Below are positions 58,891 to 64,000 of a stretch of 64,000 bases of DNA, in pieces. Below the pieces are notes generated by a model. The model saw only the letters and a list, made by a program, of their open reading frames with translations. It ran no database searches and had not been told where the DNA came from. Location of the stretch: the NCBI GenBank assembly GCA_951406725.2, contig OX597828.1, positions 20,150,001 to 20,214,000 of the forward strand, read 5' to 3'. The position numbers and the translations under genes were made by a program. Source of the stretch: Octopus vulgaris. Lineage: Eukaryota. Every line of letters begins with the position of its first letter. Position 1 is the first letter of the stretch.

Positions 58891-59741
58891 ACTCTTTTCT
58901 ACGCTAGGCACAAAGCTCAGAATTTTTGGGGAGGAGTCCAGTCAATTAGATCTACTCCAGTTTGCAACTGGTACTTAATTTATCGGCCCCGAAAGGATGA
59001 AAGGCAAAGTCGACCTCGGCTGAATTTGAACTCGGAACATAAAGGCAAACGAAATACCTATTTCTATTTCTTTACTACCCACAAGGGACTAAGCACAGAG
59101 GAGACAAACAAGGACAGACAGTCGGATTAAGTCGATTATATCGACACAGTGCGTAACTGGTACTTAATTTATCGATCCCGAAAGGATGAAAGGCAAAGTC
59201 GACCTCGGAGGAATTTGAACTCAGAATGTAAAGGCAGACGAATTACGGCTACGCATTTCGCCCGGCGTGCTAAAGTTTCTGCCAGCTCACCACCTTAAAT
59301 ATATTCTTTTCTACTCTAGGCACAAGATCCGAAGTTTTGGGGGAGGGGTACAATCGATTAGATTGACTCCCGTATGCAACTGGTACTTAATTTATCGATC
59401 CCGAAAGGATGAAAGGCAAAGTCGACCTCGGAGGAATTTGAACTCAGAATGTAAAGGCAGACGAATTACGGCTACGCATTTCGCCCGGCGTGCTAAAGTT
59501 TCTGCCAGCTCACCACCTTAAATATATTCTTTTCTACTCTAGGCACAAGATCCGAAGTTTTGGGGGAGGGGTACAATCGATTAGATTGACTCCCGTATGC
59601 AACTGGTACTTAATTTATCGACCCCGAAAGGATGAAAGGCAAAGCCGACCTCGGCGGAATTTGAATTCAGGACGTAAAGACAAACGAAATACCGCTAAGC
59701 ATTTCGCCCGATGTGCTAACGGTTCTGCCAGCTCGTTGGCT
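58891..59741 (-). mobile_element. SINE family B array: tail-1/tail-2 composite plus a 223-bp-period tandem duplication
   Basis: Junction gaaata|cctatttc at 59057; ~59155-59377 is followed by units with a 223-bp period (the near-identical ORFs at 59267 and 59490 are 223 bp apart). Confidence 0.88.
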
Positions 59742-60458
59742 TAAAAGAATAAAATTATAACAAGGAAGACATTAAACGCTGGCAATTTACCAATTCTTCA
59801 GTGTAGAATTCTACTGATCAATTACCAAATGCTTCTTATGAATAATTTGTAATTCGTCCTAAAAAATATCCGCAGGCAAAACGGTCTGGTCTAAAAGCTC
59901 GCTTAGCAGTCATGTGGTTTGGGTTCAGTGCCACTTCACGGCACCTTGGTTAAGTGCCGTCTACAATGGCATGGGCCGACGAATGCCTCGTGGGTGAATT
60001 TGGTAGACGGAAAGTATGAGGAAGCGTGTCGTATGTGTGTGTGTGTGTTTATATATATATATATATATATATTCTTTGAATATTATGTACGCTCTCTTCC
60101 CCTCTTCCTTCCTCGCTCGTCTCTGTTACACCTTTTCTCTCTCTCTCTATCACTCTGCCTCTCTCTCTTTCTCTCTGCCACTCTCTCTCTTCCCCTTCCT
60201 CTCATTCTCTAGTCCTTCTGGTTTCTTTTCTCTCTCTCCTATTCCTTAATCCCTCTGCCCTCTTCAACTCTGACCTACTCCTACCATGTGATCGCTCTCC
60301 AGCTAAGGCATTGTCGTCCTTTTTCGACCAGCCGCCTTTCATGCTGGTCACGCTCGTCTGTCCTCCCGCTCGGTCTGTCCTCCCGCTCGGTCTGTAAAGA
60401 TTTCCCATTTTCCCTAATCGAAAAACCCTTTTTGTTATTTATTTATGTTGTAATTGTA

Positions 60459-61719
60459 TTGGGTTGTCCGGAAAGTTCGTGCCGATTTATAATAGCTTAC
60501 CTTTTGACTTATATTAGAATATGGTTGAGTCCATAAAATATGATTTGACTACACCTTCATTTAGAGCACAGTTTAAGCTATCTTTTCGTGGAAGAAAGTT
60601 TATGTTCCTATAACCTGTGTTAATTCTGTAACCCTTTAAAATGGAAGATAAGAAAGTTCATTTTCGGCACTTGATGCTTTTCGTTTTCCGTAAAGGAAAA
60701 AATGCCTCACGAGCAACCAAAGAAATATGCGCAGTTTACGGTGATGTTTCTTTATCCGAAAGAACTCTAAGGAAGTGGTTCGCAAGGTTCTGAGATGGAG
60801 ATTGTAGCTTTATTGATAAAGAGCGATCAGGCACACCATCCACTACAGATGATAACTAAATCAAGTCATTAATTGAGAATAACCCACAATGCACAACCAG
60901 GGAATTGGCAGAAAGCCTCAACCTATCAAAATCCGTCGTTCATGAGGACCTGGTAAAGCATGGGTACACATATCGCTACGATGTTTGGGCACCACATGAA
61001 TTGAGTGAGAAGATCGCATTTCCATCTGTGATTCGCTTTATAAACGGAATGAAAACGTGCCTTTTTTAAAGCAAATTGTGACAGGGTGATGAGAAATGGA
61101 TTATCTACCGAAATGTTCAGAGAAAGCTCTCCAAGAGTAAGCGACATGAGCCACCCTTAGCCACCCCAAAACGGATCTTCACCCTAAACAATCTTGCGTT
61201 GTGACTGGCAGGATCGGAAAGGAATTCTGTTCTATGAGCTTCTCCCAAGTAATTCTGAGAAATACTACACAGAACTGGTTGAGTTAAAAACAGCAATTCA
61301 AGGGAAACGTCCAGAATTGGCCAACAGGAAGGGTATTGTTTTCCAGCATGATCATGCAAGACCGCACGTTTCTTTGGGAACCAGATAAAAACTACTGCAG
61401 CTCGGCTGAGATGTATTACCCCACCCTCCATATTCACCAGATATTGCTCCTTCGGATTTCCACTTATTCAGGTCTCTGCAGAATAGTCTTAATGGAAAAC
61501 ATTTCAATTCCTTGGATGACGTAAAAAGATACCTTGATGAATTCTTTGCCACGGATCCACCTCAATTCTGGGAAGAGGGTACTTTCAAGTTAAAGGAAAG
61601 ATGTAGACGCATTGTGCAACAAAATGGTTCATATTTGGTTATTTAAAAATGTAATGGCAAGTATTTATTGACCTTTTTCTTTCCTTTAAAAATCGGCACG
61701 AACTTTTCGGACAACCCAA
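60459..61719 (+). mobile_element. Full-length mariner (D,D34D-type) DNA transposon, inactive
   Basis: ~30-bp TIRs ttgggttgtccggaaagttcgtgccgattt / aaatcggcacgaacttttcggacaacccaa; TA duplication at 60457 and 61720; 1261 bp. Confidence 0.95.
60641..61646 (+). pseudogene. Mariner transposase with stops and frameshifts
   Basis: MEDKKVHFRHLMLF..RKWFARF*..WAPHEL..GDEKWI..FQHDHARPH..HPPYSPDIAPSDFHLF. Confidence 0.92.
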
Positions 61720-62335
61720 TACAATTATTTTCCCTTTGTTGTAAGCCGAAAGGCGTTTGTACATTGTATGTGTCTAATTCGTTTCCTGTTGTTCTTGCAT
61801 TATTATTTCATAACGTTACGTTCGTTCGATAGCCGAGAGACACTTTCTATTATTACTTCATTTGTATTCGTATATGTATAATTGTTTTCTTTATGTTGTA
61901 TAACCGAAAGGCGTTCTGTTATACGTGTATAATTCTAGCTTTTTCGCTTTTGTTTCTGTTCTTGTACACATTCGTTTACCTTTCCCAGATGTTTAATGTT
62001 TTTAGCTTAAGTCCCTGGCACTCGCCGTATTCACGCAGTCCCGTGGATAATGAGTGCAAAACTGCAAAGACTTTCCGAACACCGACTGAAGAGGAAATCG
62101 GCTGCGAATGATCCTGACTCTTTTGTCCTGTTGTATTTTGTTGATTTCCCCTTGTGTTCTTTCGGTCCTACCCTTGATTTATATATAAATATATATTTCG
62201 TTTATGGATTTGGTTTGCAAGATGCATGTGAGTTCGTGTGTTGAAGCATATTCTGTTGTGTCTGGGGAGAGTCATTCACTTTTAGTGCCTTATTAATTTA
62301 ACACACTCACCGTTTCATTTACTTCTTTATTTTTT

Positions 62336-62374
62336 CTAAAATTTTCGTTGCGTCTTGCAACCTTTTCAATAGTC
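62336..62374 (-). ncRNA. Hammerhead-like motif, U3-A8 variant, slightly eroded
   Basis: cta-TTGAAAA-g gttgc aagac gcaac-GAAA-AT-TT-tag. Confidence 0.45.
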
Positions 62375-62482
62375 ATTGACTCTGTCCGTTCTCCAAGCTG
62401 CGATCTTGGATAATGCGCATGTGTGTGGGTTAGTGTGTGTGCGCATACACATATGTCTGTATGTATGTATGTGTATGCAAGC

Positions 62483-62549
<67 letters not shown>

Positions 62550-62580
62550 TGTATCCGAGTTTGTATTATTATGTATATAT

Positions 62581-63005
62581 ATTCTTTTCTACTCTAGGCA
62601 CAAGATCCGAAATTTTTGGGTGGGAGAGGGCCAGTCGATTAGATCCGACCCCAGTACGCAAATGTTACTTAACTTATCGACCCCAAAGGCAAAGTAAATC
62701 TCGGCAGAATTTGAACTCAGAACGCAAAGACAGGCGAAACACCACTGAGCATTTCACCCGACGTGCTAACGTTTCTTATTTATTGCCCACAAGGGGCTAA
62801 ACATAGAAGGGACAAACAAGGACAGACAAAGGGATTAAGTCGATTACATCGAGCCCAGTGCGTAACTGGTACTTAATTTATCGACTCCGAAAGGATGAAA
62901 GGCAAAGTCGATCTCGGGGAAATTTGAACTCAGAACGTAGCGGCAGATGAAATACCGCTAAGTATTTCGCCCGGCGTGCTAACGTTTCTGCCATCCCACC
63001 GCCTT
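62581..63005 (-). mobile_element. SINE family B composite: tail-1 copy joined into the head of a tail-2 copy
   Basis: Junction at ~62775 (gctaacgtttc|ttatttattgccc). Confidence 0.85.
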
Positions 63006-63020
63006 GTACAGAAGAATATA

Positions 63021-63238
63021 TTAATCAATGAAATTCCAGCTTAGTCTGATTTTCATGTTTTATTATTTGCAATTTTTACAAGTTTACAAGTTTACAATAT
63101 TGAAATAAACTAGTACCTACATACGTTATGAGTTTATTTCAATATTGTAAAATTGCAAAATTATAAAACTGCAAAATTGTAAAAATTGCAAAGAATAAAA
63201 TGTAAAAATCAGACTAAGTTGGAATTTCATTGATTAAT
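63021..63238. repeat. AT-rich fold-back element (~100-bp imperfect arms)
   Basis: ttaatcaatgaaattccagcttagtctgatttt...tttacaatattgaaataaact pairs with agtttatttcaatattgtaaa...aaaatcagactaagttggaatttcattgattaa. Confidence 0.8.
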
Positions 63239-63253
63239 TCATATATATTAATC

Positions 63254-63290
<37 letters not shown>

Positions 63291-63335
63291 AAGATCGGGC
63301 TGAGATAGATAGATAAATATATATATATATAGTGT

Positions 63336-63393
<58 letters not shown>

Positions 63394-64000
63394 TAAATAA
63401 AACATATGCATATATATATATACATATAACCTACCTCTACATGTATATATACACGCATATATGAGTACAGGACACCAAAAAAAAAACATCGAACACTATG
63501 AGAAACGAAAACATAGACACAAACCCAAGGAACTGGACATTTTTCTTAAACAACAAACAAATAGAGTACAGGACAAATAACAAGGAAAAAAACCCTTCTT
63601 CAGTCGCCATGGTTTCATCTACTCTACGTTTCGAAGGTGATATATATATGTATGTGTGTGTGTGTCTAGATGTTTTGCCTTCTTGTCCCATTTTGTATTT
63701 TTTATATATAATAACATATAGCGGCGTACGTACACTTTGGTTTCTTATATGTAAGTATATATTTATCTAAATTTTGTACAGCTCTATTCTTTCTATTCTT
63801 TTATTCTTTTCTTCTTTCTATCAGACCTTTCACACTTCGTTCATTCCACTCTTCCTTCTTCCATTTCCCCTCTCTCACATTTCCGTGCCTTCTCTTCATG
63901 CTCACTTTCCCTCCTATTTTCACTTCACTCTGTCTCTATCATTTTTTCTCGTCCCCTCCTTATTTTTTCTGTCCCTCTGCCTCTATTTCTCTCTCTTCTC

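Overview
AT-rich eukaryotic genomic DNA, made almost entirely of microsatellites and transposon debris. The SINE families and the overall style suggest an octopus or other cephalopod; this is my inference from recalled repeat families and is not verified. I found no intact host protein-coding gene, and nearly every ORF in the supplied track is a translated microsatellite. The window contains: (i) at least four tRNA-headed SINE families, here called A-D; (ii) many 5'-truncated R4/Dong-type non-LTR retrotransposon fragments, mostly inside (TAA)n tracts; (iii) two Tx1/L1-like LINE 3' ends inside (TCTA)n tracts; (iv) Penelope-like element (PLE) remnants (GIY-YIG and RT pieces, inverted termini) inside (TA)n tracts; (v) a decayed Gypsy pol; (vi) one full-length but dead mariner plus mariner MITEs. 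Most interesting: about a dozen type I hammerhead-ribozyme motifs lie in the TA-flanked islands, several with a compensatory U3-A8 core. SINE B has two interchangeable 3' tails, one copied from the GATA-embedded Tx1-like LINE. Copies with that tail repeatedly join other SINE B copies at one fixed hairpin-loop position. All calls were made by eye and coordinates are approximate.
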